64,000 nt of DNA from Felis catus (GCF_018350175.1 NC_058368.1:222644001-222708000), one strand, 5' to 3'; positions 24,790 through 38,089 are shown, counted from the stretch's first letter. Made by a program: numbers and translations. The notes: a model not told the origin generated them from the sequence alone.

Positions 24790-25850
24790 TAGATCTCTGT
24801 TCCACCTAATCATCCATCCCTCCCCGCAACTCTTGGTACTCACTAATCTTTTTGCCTTTTGAAGAATGTCACATAGTTGGAATCACACTGTAGGTAGCCT
24901 TTTCCAACTGGCTTCTTTAGCTTAGTCAATATGCGTTTAAGATTCCTGCGTGTCTTTTCCTGTCTTGGTAGCTCATTTCTTTTAGTGCTGAATAATATTC
25001 TGTTTTTCTGGATGTACCACATTTTATCTATTCACTTACAAGGCTATCTTGGTATCGGTTCACAACCCAGGGTACCTTGTTTTTTCCCAAGTTTTGACAA
25101 TTATAAATAAAGCTGCCAGAAACATCCATGTGAGATTTATATGTGGACATAAGTTTTCAACTCGTTTGGTGCATCATGCTAAGAGGAGTTTAGTTTTGTA
25201 AGAAACCTCCAAACTGTCTTCAAACTGGCTACACCATTCTGCATTTTACTGATAAGAAATGAGAAACCCATGGGGGAGGGGAAAGAAAAAAAAAAAAAAG
25301 AGAGGTTAGAGTGGGAGAGAGCCAAAGCATAAGAGACTCTTAAAAACAGAACAAACTGAGGGTTGATGGGGGGTGGGAGGGAGGGGAGAGTGGATGATGG
25401 GCATTGAAGAGAGCATCTTTTGGGATGAGCACTGGGTGTTGTATGGAAACTAATTTGACAATAGATTTCATATATTAAAAAAAAAAAAAAAAAGAAATGA
25501 GAGTTTCTGTTGGTCTATACCCTCGCTGTCTTTTGGTGTTTTCAGTGTTCTGGATTTTGGCCTTTCTAATCTCATTATTTTACGTCCTGCTTTTGCAATG
25601 ACATCGGATGTGGAATATCTTTCATATGCTTATTTTCCATCTGTATACCTTCTTTGGGAGGGGTGCTTTCTGCTCAAGTCTTTGGCCCACTTTTAAATCA
25701 GAATGTCTGTTTTCTAATTCTTGAGTTTTCAGAGTTCTTTGTATATTTTGAATGAGAGTTCTTGATCAGATGTCCCTTTTGTAAATATTTTCTCCCAAGC
25801 TGTGACTTATTTTCTCTTTCTCTTGATATGGAATATAATTTTATAATTCT
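24790..25850 (-). mobile_element. Old L1M 3' region, interrupted by a young L1
   Basis: AGAATGTCACATAGTTGGAATCA, AATAAAGCTGC, GAGTTCTTTGTATATTTTG and AAATATTTTCTCCCA motifs. Confidence 0.85.
25265..25491 (+). mobile_element. 5'-truncated feline L1 (3' UTR and poly(A))
   Basis: ATAAGAGACTCTTAAAA..GGGGGTGGGAGGGAGGGG..GAGCACTGGGTGTTGTATGGAAAC, A tail; TSD AAGAAATGAGA at 25254-25264 and 25492-25502. Confidence 0.92.
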
Positions 25851-25955
25851 TTAATTCATTAACTTGCTGGACAAGCATTCACTGTGTGCCTTTGACAGTA
25901 ACACTTAATTTCTAATCTATCCCAAATGAGCTTAATAAAGGAGACAGATTTTTTT

Positions 25956-26175
25956 AACATTTTTTTAATGTGTATTTTTGAGAGAGAGGGAGGGGGAGAG
26001 AGACAGAGTGCGAGCAGGGGAGGGGTGGAGAGAGAGGGAGACACAGAATCTGAAGCAGGCTCCAGGCTTCGAGCTGTCAGCACAGAGCCTGATGCAGGGC
26101 TGGAACTCACAAACTGCGAGATCATGACCTGAGCCAAAGTCAGACACTTAATCGACTGAGCCACCCAGGTGCCCC
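25956..26175 (-). mobile_element. CanSINE
   Basis: TSD AGACAGATTTTTTT at 25942-25955 and 26177-26190. Confidence 0.95.
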
Positions 26176-27230
26176 AAGACAGATTTTTTTTTAAAATCAA
26201 CTTTAAATCCAAGATTTGTCCTGCAGTTCAGGCTATTTCTAACTGGGGGAATCTGTTAAGGTTCCTTGGTGGCAGGAGAGCTGATGGCAGCTGAGATCTC
26301 TCTTCTTTGGCTCTCTCTACTATTGAATTACTTTTGACTCTCCTTTCAATGGATATTTGTTGTCTTTTCCCAGTGTTGAAAGTCATCAGCTGGTTCCTAA
26401 AATGTTATTAAAACATGAAACATTATTTTATTTATTGTAATTTTGTCAAGTATATTTGGCTTGAGATTTTCCCTTGACACCTAATAAACCATTAAAAACG
26501 TCTGTCTTATAACGATGGTTGTGGATCCAGGAATTTGGGATAAAGATCCTGAAAATAGATTGTCTCTGTAACTATCGAAAAGTCATGAGAGTCCATTATT
26601 TTAGGACAAGGCTCTTTAAAAATCATGCCTGTCAAACAAAAAGTTTAGAAAGCCGTGACAACACAGGAGCCTGATGGCAGAGGGAACGCTGATGCAGTCC
26701 TTGAATTTTCCATGACGACTTCTCACCTGCACTTAGCAGCTGTTTATTGCTTGGTTCACTGGAGCATATGATGCTGAACCAAGCCATGGGTCAATAAAGT
26801 CATTTACAATGATCAACCCTCTGAGTGAAAGAGGTGATGAATCAACCAGAACCCCTTTGGGCAACAGACCTAGCAGGGAAATTTTGCACTTGGGGTAGTA
26901 ATATATAATCAGATGAATCAGCAGACTGCACATCTCCCTAATTAATGTTACCACCTTTGGAGAAAGCATACAACTAACTTTTAAATGCTTTTTGCCTTTA
27001 GCAGGGGTGTTAGTGCTTAGATATCAAACTATGCAGGAAACCTTTATACCTTGACCTTGTCAATACTGAGAGAGTGGTTTCTTGATGTTTAAATTATCAG
27101 GTTTGAATTCAATATTAGCTCTAAGATCCTTCACATTTTTATGTGATATTTGACTATTAGATTGAACTGAGAATATCTGATGCTTAAAATTACTATAGAA
27201 TAGCATTATTAATTCATACTGCAGTTAAAT

Positions 27231-27472
27231 CATAACAACAACTCTTTTTGGAGTGCAAACTAAGTGCCGTGAGCCACACTCTTTACACATGGTATCTCAT
27301 TTAACCTACACAAAGAGCTATGAAGCAGACAATGCATTTAGTCACATTTGTGGAAGCTGAGTTGAAAAAAAGGTTAAATAATATTCTCAAGGTGTTGAAG
27401 CTTATAGGGTGGCCAGTTACAAACTTGAATATAGACCTCTTGGACTTCAAGACCATGTTTCTAATCACTACC
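27231..27472 (-). mobile_element. MIR SINE
   Basis: TTTACACATGGTATCTCATTTAAC...AGGTTAAATAA..CTCAAGGT...GACTTCAAGACCATGTTTCTAATCACTA. Confidence 0.7.
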
Positions 27473-29344
27473 TTATGAACAATAATGACATGAAATTTGT
27501 TCAGATATTAGTTTTCATAAAATTAACATGTATTTTCTGAAAATGTAGCTCTTTTTAACTGATAAAGTGATTGCTAGATTATATTACATAGGATATTTAA
27601 AAATGATATATAAATTGGGCAAGAACTTGTTATATTGATGTTTTAGTCATAATGACGACACTTATTATTGAATGAGAACTTTTAACATGTTTGGAATCCA
27701 GAGAATATGACACTATGCTAACTTATTACATGTATGATCTAACTTAATCCAAATATAAATACTGGGGAGGGAGGTGTTATCAAACTGTGATGAACTGATG
27801 TCTACCAAATAATCTTCTTAAGTTTGAAATGGGAATTGTAACCAGAATTAAATAGCTTTTCTATATGTTAATACAATCTTAGTTTTTTAGTTTACATTTT
27901 CAAATAATTTTTGGTTTAGGTGCACTTAGGAGTGACCCCTGAGACAACTAGGAAGGTGGATTGTTTGGGTCCTTTGTGGGCATTAATCTAATCTTCCCAC
28001 AAACAATGTTTCCAGTTTATAGAGATTACCAACTCAGTTGGTATTTGTTCAGGATCTTCCTGGACAAGGCGTGAGGAAGGTGTTGCTGTAAAATTAAAAT
28101 GTTTTATAAGACGGATCTTGCCCTTTAGAAGTTTATAAGTATTTTCAGAGTCATGATATAAGTACATGCAAATGCCAATCACACAGCTCTAACTAAATGA
28201 GTTTACAGCACAGTGAAGTCCAACCCAAAGTTGCATGATACATGTTAAGTGAATTGCGTTCAGCAAGGAGAGAACTCATTTAGGGCTAATGTGGTCAATA
28301 GAGTTGTAGCAGGCAGAACATCCACATTTCAAACAATGATAAACCCAACGTCTTCCCTACAAGTTTTATGAATGCCTGGAGAGGCATTATGCCCACGTGT
28401 AGTTCCTTCCGGTGTATGAACACACTCTCTGGCCCTCAGATCTTTTTTTCTTCTGAATTACATGGATCTGGAGCAAATTTTTATCTCTTTTTCTGAACTA
28501 CACAGCTCCTTTCCAGATTGCCACAAATAAAACTAAATGTAACAACATCCTCAATCATTTTGTGTGGGTGACAGCGTTGAATTTGAGGCAAGATAGAAGG
28601 GGTGAATACATCCTAGGAACACCACAAGCTGAGCATCAAGTTTCAGACACTCCTGTTAGGGATGTTTTCCAGGAACAAACCACCAGAGGTCTTACCCTAG
28701 TGCCTTCATTATGTTTCATTACATAATGTTTCAATATTCATTACCTGGTTTCGTGGCGGCTCAGAGGCGTTCTCACCTCTTTATAATTCCTCTACCTCGC
28801 TCCTTTCTTTCTACCTTCTTTAAAACACTGCCAGGTTCTTTCCACTGTGCACTCTGGAGCTATTCATTTCTTTCTTGTTCTTATTCTCAAGCTCCCAGTC
28901 AACCCACAAAGGCCTCAGAAGGCCTTCAGAAGGCCAACAAGCTATCTATAAAACAAGGTACGCTCTCATTAGGAGACACTTGTATTTTACGTATCTTTAT
29001 TTATATATTTTTCTTTCTTTTTTTTTTTTTTCCGTCTTTGACCCAGGTCAAATTGTATGGGTCAACCCTTCCACTGAGTGGCCATCCTTCCTTTTTCATT
29101 GAGCAGCTGAAGTTATTGAGAACTGAATAAAACATATCTGATTGTCATAAAGTGATCTGCATCAAGTCAGAGTCTGTCTCTCTGTAATTCCCTTCCTTGG
29201 CCTCAGAGTTTTCCTTGGTCTAATTTCCTTAGAAATTAGCAAATTTCTAATGCTTCCGCATGTGATTTCCTCATTTGTTTCAACTGTGTTCGTGTAAACC
29301 TTCACCATCCTACTCACTCTCTTTTGTACCTTTCTCCATGCAGT

Positions 29345-29620
29345 GCCATTAAAATATGGTGGCCAGAACCGAACCCAGTGGTTCCAGATTTGGTATTACT
29401 AGTGGAGGACAGAGGGTTTAGAATCTCCTCGATTTGAACTACAACACTTTTGTTAATGAACACATATACTCATTTTTTATAGCTACATGGCACTTTGTTG
29501 TCTTTATTGACAGTGAAATCTGTTTTCCTCACATATGTTGCTGTTAATATGTATCTCCCCCATCATGTTTTTATGTAACTATCATGATGTAAAAATGCTC
29601 GTTCTTATTTTCTTTGCTCT
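29345..29620 (-). mobile_element. L3/CR1 LINE relic
   Basis: TATGGTGGCCAGAACCGAACCCAGTGGTTCCAGATTTGGT resembles the antisense CR1/L3 motif (CVQFWAP-encoding region). Confidence 0.6.
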
Positions 29621-30819
29621 CAGATTTCATTTTTCATTCTCTTGATCCAATTAACTGTTTTGGATTTCTCCACTTCCAAACTCCAGTTTGTATTATTTTT
29701 AACATTCTCTATGAAATATTTCTAATTATATATGAAGCAAAAGAACAGTAAAATATTTCTCATGAAACTGATAATGGCCCATCTTTATTTTGTGCCTACT
29801 ACTGTCAGGAATATGAACAAAATGACATTAGTTTCCTAAAATAGTCTTTTTTGACATTCTCATATTTTAATTTGGAGTTCTAATGAGTATTCTTATCCTT
29901 TAAAGCTTCAAAGAAATAACTTTTTTTTCCTTTCAAGAATTGTTTTTCTCAGCTCTGAGGTATATTGCTAATGACAACCCTTTTTTAAATTATAGCGTAA
30001 CATATCCTCCTGATATTCCCAAAAAGAATAGTCAGCAGAAAATGTCACTAGTTTCCTAAAATTATTACATTTAAGAGAAAATAATCTCTATCTATTTTAG
30101 AGAAGATCTTTGTTTACAAAGCATCCTAAGGAGACTGCAATTAATCCTTGATTGATAGAGTTATTATTCAAAACTACTTACCTTCTAAATTTTAAGCTCT
30201 AAATTAGTCTCCAAAGGCAACATAGAATATGGGATAGAAGATGCATGATGCTTTCTTTCAAGCAGACCAAAGCCTGGTGGAAGGAAAAGATAATATAAAT
30301 ATGTGATGACTTAAGGACTGAGTGATGAATGTTAGCTAGGGTGACGTAGAAGGCAATGCTGAAGCATATAGGAACGAGCACATGAGGGTGATGGTAAAGC
30401 AGTAAGAAATAGACATGGGCTTGTTTGGGAAAAGTGTTTTATGTCATAGTCTTCAATAAAAAGAAGAGTGACCATGTGACTGGGAAAAGAGTGTCTAGAA
30501 ATTGAGCTTTTCAAAAATGATTGACCCCCTATCTCTCTTGGGATCGTGTATAGACTATAGTGAACAGTACGTCAACTCTGACACATGTGTGTTTTAAGCA
30601 GTGAGTGACTGTATGTAAAATCTTTTCGATCTCAACACCTTGATGGGTGGTTACCCATTTTAGCCTGCAGTTTGTGGACAGCAGGATGAGGTGTTTCCTT
30701 GCTCTTAAAACACTTGTATGCTTTCCATACAGACAGTAAGAAGAACAGATTTTCCTTTGAGATATAATATTTTTAGTGATGTATAGATTGACTACAATTG
30801 GGGAAAACATTTAGAAAAA

Positions 30820-31290
30820 CACAAGGGATCAGTGACAAAGTTTTGGTGAAGTGCGGGAAATGAAAGAGACCAGATGATTCCCTTGGAATCATTTTGGAAG
30901 ATGGGTAAATGCTAGCAGGATACATAGGCATTACATATAAAGAATGTAGGGACTGTTCGAAAAGCAGTGGGATTGATAGCTTTGGTCTGGACGATCGTCA
31001 GTTGGAGATATGTTGAGAGATGTACATGTGAGTTCAATAGGCCTTTGGGAACTAAATATGAAATTTTAGGAGAGACGGGGGAATAAACATCATTTACATA
31101 TAATAGATGAAACCATGGATTTGGCTGGTATTAGCTGAGGGATAGAATCACAGAGAGCAGCACAACGGAACATCAGAGTGCTTAAGAAGAATGAAATAAT
31201 GTGGACAATGACAGAATGTTAGAAAAGTAAGAGGGCGTTTAGAGTAAGCAATGTCTAGAAGTTAAGAAAGAAGAGAATTGGAAGGAGGGT
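30820..31290 (-). mobile_element. L2 fragment
   Basis: Purine-rich degenerate antisense L2 pattern (AGTTGGAGATATG..TTAGGAGAGA..GATGAAACCATGGA). Confidence 0.45.
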
Positions 31291-31291
31291 C

Positions 31292-31800
31292 CCAGCCATT
31301 TATTGACTTGTAGCAAACCAGTCCAAAATGTGAGGAGTTAAAACAGCACCTGTCATTCCACTATTTCTTTGGTTTCTGTTTGTAGTGGATTTAGGAAGGG
31401 CTAGTTGCAGTCATGTGGTGGATGGGGCCATGGCATCTGGTCAAATGTCCTTGCAGCTGTCTCCCTCTCCATTTAGTCTCAAAGCTTCTCCATGGGACCG
31501 CTTCACCTGGGCAATTTGGGCTTCCTTTCCACAAGCCAGCTTCAGAACAGTGGGGCTGCGTGCATGGTGGCCCACAGCTGCTGTTCAAGGGCTCCAACTG
31601 ATAGCTGCATATATTGCCTTCTAAGACCTGAGCTCAGAAAGCATCCAGTGTCATCTCCACAGTTTATCGCATGCAGGCTCATGCAGATTAAAGTGAAGAG
31701 GTTTAGTTTCTTTATGGGGAAATGACAAGATTCTAGAAGAACATATGGAATGGAGGAAAAAAAAGCTGTCGCTATATTTTGAAAATTCAGCGTGGAACAT
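31292..31800 (-). mobile_element. MaLR LTR, MLT1 family
   Basis: GTAGCAAACCAGTCCAAAA..GTTAAAACAGCA start, TTTGGGCTTCC, GCTATATTTTGAAAATTCAG end. Confidence 0.7.
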
Positions 31801-32094
31801 GAAGAAAGGGACTCAAAATGTTGCATGTTATGGAGATATGGAATGTATAGCCATAGCTACAACATACCTAGTAAGTTTAGCCATGGCCAGTGGGCATTGT
31901 ATAGGCAAGATAAAGGCAAAAACAAGATTTCAGTGACTTTAGAACCGAATAAGACAGTCTAACAATCTTATTTGTAAATATTGAAGGTAAAATAATAGAG
32001 TAGACTAATCTAGTAGGCTAAGCTTTTCAAAGATTGGCATTTTAATAAGGGAAAGACTTGAGTGTGTTTCTATGCTGAAGAGAAGTGTATAGAA

Positions 32095-32288
32095 CATGGG
32101 TTGGCAAGGTATAGCCCTTGGGTCAAATCTGGCCTAGGGCCTATTTCCCTCAATAAAGCTTTATTGGAACACAGCCATATGTTTCGGCTTCAACAACATA
32201 ATTGAATAGTTGCGACAGAGACACTTTGGTCTGCATGATCCAAAAACTTACTGTTTACCACTTTATAGAACGATTTTGCTAAACCCTC
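32095..32288. mobile_element. MER58A-like hAT-Charlie MITE
   Basis: CATGGGTTGGCAA and TTGCTAAACCCT termini; AATAAAGCTTTATTGGAACACAGCCA; GAATAGTTGCGACAGAGAC. Confidence 0.8.
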
Positions 32289-33017
32289 CTCTAGGTAGAA
32301 AATGAGTGGAAAAAATGAGGATTGCTTGGTAAAGCAAGATTCTTGAAGAGTTGCAAAACTGGAGGCTCCAAATATTTGGCCAAGTTTTTATTAGCATAGT
32401 AGCTAGTTTCCAGTAGGCACTGAAAAGTATTTGTTGGAATTATGATTGTATGAGTGAGAGCCAACAGCTTTACTAACAACCCAATCACTCTTTAAAAATG
32501 TAAGACAAAAGAGTGAGTACTGATCTACATCTTTTCCAGTGAAGTGTGGTGTAGAAAAAGATAATTAGTATAGAAACGAATGGGTTACTATATTCTGATC
32601 CCTATTTTCTGTATTACACAGTATGAGTTATTTATCAGTTTAGTGTGAGTGGAAAATCTAATTTAGTCCTGTGAAATATGCAACTTGAGGGCCCAATGAA
32701 ATTAATGAGTTTTCCCAAAACATAGAAGATTTAACTTTGTTCACTTAGTGAAATTACCACCAAAGCGAGCAGCCTGCTTCTACCTGGGACATTTAATCTG
32801 TAGTTCTTAGTTCTTCCTAAGAACCTGGTCAATGTGGTATTTTATCAAGATTCTTCATCTTACCAGTGTGTTACCAGAATTAAATGACATAATTTTATTA
32901 TATGCCCAATAAATGTTAGCTATTGTTTCGGTTTTTGTTGCTTGTTTGTTAGCTTCAGAAATAATTGGTAAGTCAGGTAAAGCAGTGTGATGATTGAAGA
33001 GTTTTGACAAGAAACTA

Positions 33018-33229
33018 GGGGCTCCTGGGTGGTTCAGTCAGTCAAGCATCCGACTTTGACTCAAGTCATGATCTCGTGGTGCATGAGTTCGAGCCCAAGA
33101 TAGGGCTCTGTGCTGACAGCTCAGGGCCTGGAGCCTGCTTCCGATTCTGTGTCTCCCTCTCTCTCTGCCCCTCCCCCACTTTTGCTCTGTCTCTCAAAAA
33201 CAAATAAACATTAAAAAATTTAAAAACAA
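33018..33229 (+). mobile_element. CanSINE
   Basis: TSD AAGAAACTA at 33009-33017 and 33230-33238. Confidence 0.94.
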
Positions 33230-34297
33230 AAGAAACTAAATGAGAATGTTGTCAGCATGAATGAAAAGAGGGACTGATATATTCCAAATAAATAATAAAG
33301 AATGATTATGACTTGCCCTATTTAATATAGAAGAGACGGGAGGTGGGGGGAAGTGGAGAAAAAAAAAGAATTCTAAGTTTGTGAAGATCATGAGAAGGAC
33401 AAGGTTAGGAAACAACCTGATGTTGAGGAATATGGATTCAAATATACTTGTTCTGACTTGAAACCTTGAAAGCCAACTTATGGGGCACTTATTGTAAATG
33501 ATGATTCTGTTGAAAATAAGCAAATCACAGTCGCGTTCAAGATCAAAGAGAGTTGAGATCTGGTACGAAAAGTAAATCATTTGGCGGAAGTATCACTCCA
33601 TACGTAACGGAGGTGGCACAGTTTTACTTTTACATTTTATTATCATCAACATGAAAAGAAACGCTTCTCTGATTTTCCCCCATCCTAGAACCCTGTCCAG
33701 CAAGAATGTAGGCTATTCCTGAGACCGTACCACCTGCTGGGATGAAGGGATGGAAAATGTATGGGACATCTTAATTTTGTCACAAAGACAAGAGAGTGCT
33801 AATGACAGTTAGTGACAGTACTGCGCAGAGCCCCCCCCCCCCCCCGCCCCCCGGCTCAGCCTTCAGGAGCGTGCAGGGGGCATTGGTCTTACAAGTAACT
33901 CTCTTCCAGGCTCAGCCCGGGGGTTTGGCAAAGCCCCTTGGAAATCTGCCTGGAAACTGTGAAGAAATCACAGGGAATTAGCAAGGGAGAAAGAAAAGAG
34001 GATTAGCTCAACGACCTCTCAGAGAAAGCAGAGGGACTCTGAGATAACACAGGGAAAGCAGAGACAGCTAATGAGAAGAAGTCTATGCAGACAAGAGAAA
34101 AGCTATGCCTATTTGGAAAACCTGGGCACAGTTGCCAACTCAGAGAGTCGTAAGCATTATGATCAAGACTTCGTGGAGCCAACAGTCATCTGTAAAACAC
34201 GTCCTGTTTACAACTATGTTAAATTTCATCTTTCAGCCTGACTTCGTGTGATGTGTTAGAACCATTCTTCAACCACTAAAGCACTGATTATGCGTGT

Positions 34298-34329
<32 letters not shown>

Positions 34330-34379
34330 GAATACTAACCATCCTCCCTTGGGTAGTCCTATACAATAAGAATTACTCA

Positions 34380-34594
34380 GGGGAGCCTGGGTGTCTCAGT
34401 TGGTTGAGAGTCTGACTTCGGCTCAGGTCATGATCTCACAGTTCGTGAGTTCAAGCCCCGTGTTGGGCTCTGTGCTGACAGCTTGGAGCCTGGTGCCTGC
34501 TTCTGATTCTGTGTCTCCCTCTCTCTGCCCCTTCCCTACTCGTGCTCTGTCTCTCTCTCTGTCTCTCAAAAATGAATAAACATTATTTTTTTTA
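34380..34594 (+). mobile_element. CanSINE
   Basis: TSD AAGAATTACTCAG at 34368-34380 and 34595-34607. Confidence 0.95.
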
Positions 34595-36048
34595 AAGAAT
34601 TACTCAGACAAGAGCAATTTTGTGAAAATTATATAGCACCTTTAAGTATACACATCAATATAATGCAAAACTTTCCTTTCAATGAAAAGATGAGCCTAGA
34701 TTAACTTTGAGGAATATTTTCAAAATCACCATGTAAATTGCAATCTTTCCAGAGAATAAAGATGGTTGTTTTAAAAACTCCTACAAAGACAATAGCATAT
34801 TTTTAAAATGACAGAGTGTATTAACAAATGCAATTGTCCTAGAGATAGATTTCAACAGAATCTTAATGGCCTGAAAAAAATCCTAAAATGATATTAATGC
34901 AACGGTTGCTTTTTGAAAAGATGAAATTTCATATTGACTAAATTCTTATGCAGGAAACTAAGATGATTATTTGACTCAAAGATATTTTCTGAGTTAATTC
35001 TCTGTCTCTTTAATCTGAATTTGTACCATCTTTTGGGCGATATTTCAGTCCCTGACATTTGAGATTATCATTTTTTGTTTAATATTTATAAGTCCTGAAT
35101 ACAAAATTATAGTCAAAAGAGAAAAAAGTAAACAAATTGTTTCTGGAGGCGAGTTTTTACTTTTTGCTTTTCTTCTTTCTTTTTCTCTTCCTTCCCTTCT
35201 CCCTTCCTTCCTTCTCTTCTTTTCTGATTCTTTTTTGGTGTGGGGAGGTAGGTAGCTAAGTATGGATATGGTCGCAAAGGTGGGGGGTGTGTTTGTGCTT
35301 GAGTCTTTTTCCTAGTTTCCTAGCTGATCTTTGGCAAAGATACTTAGTATTGTCGGATGTTTTATGAAAACTCATTAAGGTATTTTGAAGAAATCCCATT
35401 TAATTCCACTTATTCATAGGCTTCCAAAGCTTTTACCCCTTTAAAAAAACCCAGTAAGTTAAAACAACTGGAAGTTTGGATATTTAAGATAGCATCATTG
35501 GCTGTTACAAAGATACATCATTGGCTGTACATTCCTTGTGTACAAGGAGTAAGATTCCGAAAAGAAAAACCCTGAAACTGAGTAGTCTGTTAACATGATA
35601 GCCAAAGCATAGAGATTCTAGGTTAGAGACAAAGCATTCGAGAAAGCTGTTGAGCCACACAGGGCCAATGTCTCTTTCTGTTTTCATTAACAGTGCGTAG
35701 AAACAAGACAGGGGTTTTGGCAGACAATGTAGAAGGGCAATTACAGCCTTAAGTTGGAGTAATTAGACCAATTTCTTCCCTGACCAAGCTAGAATGTACA
35801 GGCAGGGAGGCACTTAATGCCTTCCCTTTGAAGAAGTAAAAACCCAGTTAGCCTGCTTTGACACCTGTCTCAAATCAGGAGCTGAGGAAGCAACAAAGAT
35901 CATCCCTGAGCAAGCTTTCTTCTACCTAAAATCTCATAATGAATGAAAATGAAAGGTTTCTCTTTGAGGGATGAGAAAAAACAAAAAACAAAAAACAAAA
36001 CAGGATTCCATTAAAAACTATACCATCTTAGATATCAGTTTATCTCTT

Positions 36049-36253
36049 TTCAACGTTTATTTATTTTTGGGACAGAGAGAGACAGAGCATGAACGGGGGA
36101 GGGGCAGAGAGAGAGGGAGACACAGAATCGGAAGCAGGCTCCAGGCTCTGAGCCATCAGCCCAGAGCCCGACGCGGGGCTCGAACTCACGGACTGCGAGA
36201 TCGTGACCTGGCTGAAGTCGGACGCTTAACCGACTGCGCCACCTAGGCGCCCC
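36049..36253 (-). mobile_element. CanSINE, young type, almost no poly(A) tail
   Basis: 17-bp TSD ATATCAGTTTATCTCTT at 36032-36048 and 36255-36271. Confidence 0.95.
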
Positions 36254-36364
36254 TATATCAGTTTATCTCTTAATGAAACTTTCACTTAAGAAAGAGATTT
36301 AATTTTTTTTCTGCTCTTTCCTTTATTCATTTATTTATCCTTCCAGCGTCTACTTATTGAGGCA

Positions 36365-37221
36365 TGTGTTACTTTCAATAATAGTTATAATAAGTTACCC
36401 AAAACTTTGAGTCTTAGAACAGCACAAGTACATTATTTTATAATTCTGCCACGGGTCTTGCCTGATCAAAGTCAATGTGACAGCAAGGATACATTTCTTC
36501 CTTAGGACTCTGAGAGCTAGTGGGTGGGGGTAGGACCTGTTTCATTGCTTATTCAGATTTCTAGAAGAATTCGGCTCCCTGTGGTTGTAGAACTAAAACC
36601 TCCGGTTGTTTTCAGTCTATCAACTGACAGCAATTACTGTCTTCTAGAAGCTGCCCACATGCTTCCTCCATGGCTTGCTTCCTCCCTTCTCTAAGCCTAG
36701 GGGGCAGGTCTGGTCTTTTCACATTTTGAGTCTCTTCTTCCTCCTTCTAGTGTTTTTGTCCCATCTCTCACACTTCTGTCTTCCTTTTGAACAATTTTTA
36801 ATTCTTCTTTTTTTAAGTTTATTTATTTTGAGAGACGGAGAGAGAGAGACGGGGGGGGGGGGGGGGGGAGAGGGACGGACTGAGAGAGAGAAAGAGAGGA
36901 GCAGAGAGAGAATTCCAAACAGATTCACCAATGTTAGCGCAGAGCCCAGCATGGGGCTCGGACCCAGGAACCGTGAGATCATGACCTGAGCCGAAGTTAG
37001 ATGCTTAACCAACTGAGCCACTGAGGACGCCCTCCTCTTGAACTTTTAAGAGCTCATAAAATTGAGTCCATCTTGATAATCTGGGATAATCACCTTCTTT
37101 TAATGTGTGGAACTTCTATACCATTTGCAAATTGCCTTTTGCCACTTACTGTAACACACTTACAAGGTTCCAGGCATTTGGACATGGGCATCTTTGGGAA
37201 ACCATCATTCTGTCTGATACA
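36365..37221 (-). mobile_element. MaLR LTR, MLT1 family, interrupted by a SINE
   Basis: TAATAAGTTACCCAAAACTT..CTTAGAACAGCACAA start, CCCTGTGGTTGTAGAACT, GGACATGGGCATCTTTGGG..CATTCTGTCTGATACA end. Confidence 0.75.
36800..37032 (-). mobile_element. CanSINE containing a G18 run
   Basis: CanSINE body; G run at 36851-36868. Confidence 0.9.
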
Positions 37222-37364
37222 AGTCCCTAATATTGGTCAGCTGTTTTGCTACGTATCAAAAATAATATGCACAGTAAAAATTAAGATTGCCTTTGGGTTC
37301 ATACTTAGTATACGAGGCAGATAATCATTCACATAAATGTGAGATGACACCTGTGATGTGTCAT

Positions 37365-37710
37365 ACAAAATAGGCTACATTATGTTTTTGCTGTAACAAA
37401 CAAATATTAGGGGCCTAAAAATAACAAACCCCTCATGCTACATATTGTGATGTGTCAGTGAAAGAGTGCTTCATGAGGTTCTCACTTTGGAATCCATACC
37501 AAAATAGGTACCATCTGAGCCTGTTAGGAAGGAAGAGCATTGCATACTGGCCTTTCAAGCTTCTCCCTAAACATGGTATCTTACACTTCTACTATTTGCC
37601 TTTTACTGGTTAACCTTGTCACACATTCATACTTAACTTCAACTTGACAGGGAAAATAAAAGTCTACCATGTGCCTGGGAGAAAAACCAGACATATTCGG
37701 AGGTTATTGA
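37365..37710 (-). mobile_element. Old MaLR LTR, MLT1-like
   Basis: TAGGCTACATTATG..GCTGTAACAAAC start; CTACCATGTGCCTGGGAG near the end. Confidence 0.55.
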
Positions 37711-37726
37711 GAACTATTACTAAATA

Positions 37727-37891
37727 GGAGCACCTGAGTGGCTCGGTTGGTTAAGCATCCAACTTCAGCTCAGGTCATGATTTCAGGGTCCCTGAGTTCA
37801 AGCCCCATATCGGGCTCTCTGCTGTCAGCACAGATTCCACTTTACATGCTCTGTTCCCTTCTCTCTCAAAAATAAATAAACATTAAAAACA
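37727..37891 (+). mobile_element. CanSINE with short CT region
   Basis: 19-bp TSD GAGAACTATTACTAAATAG at 37709-37727 and 37892-37910. Confidence 0.93.
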
Positions 37892-38089
37892 GAGAACTAT
37901 TACTAAATAGATATGAATGAGTGTTGAAGAGGTAAAGCCCATCCATGTTGCTAAGAGAAGACTTTCAAGGGGAGTTGACTTAATCAAAAATGTCAAAGGA
38001 GCTTCCCTGGCAAGTGATTTCTTTGAGTTGGGGCCAAAAAAGGAGTAAGGCTTTTAAGAAGGAAAAGCCTGATTACCATGTAAAATGAT

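Noticed and set aside
15150..25620. Similarity between ~15.15-15.65 kb and ~24.8-25.6 kb as a segmental duplication
   Set aside because: Both are diverged copies of the same old L1M 3' region with unrelated flanks.
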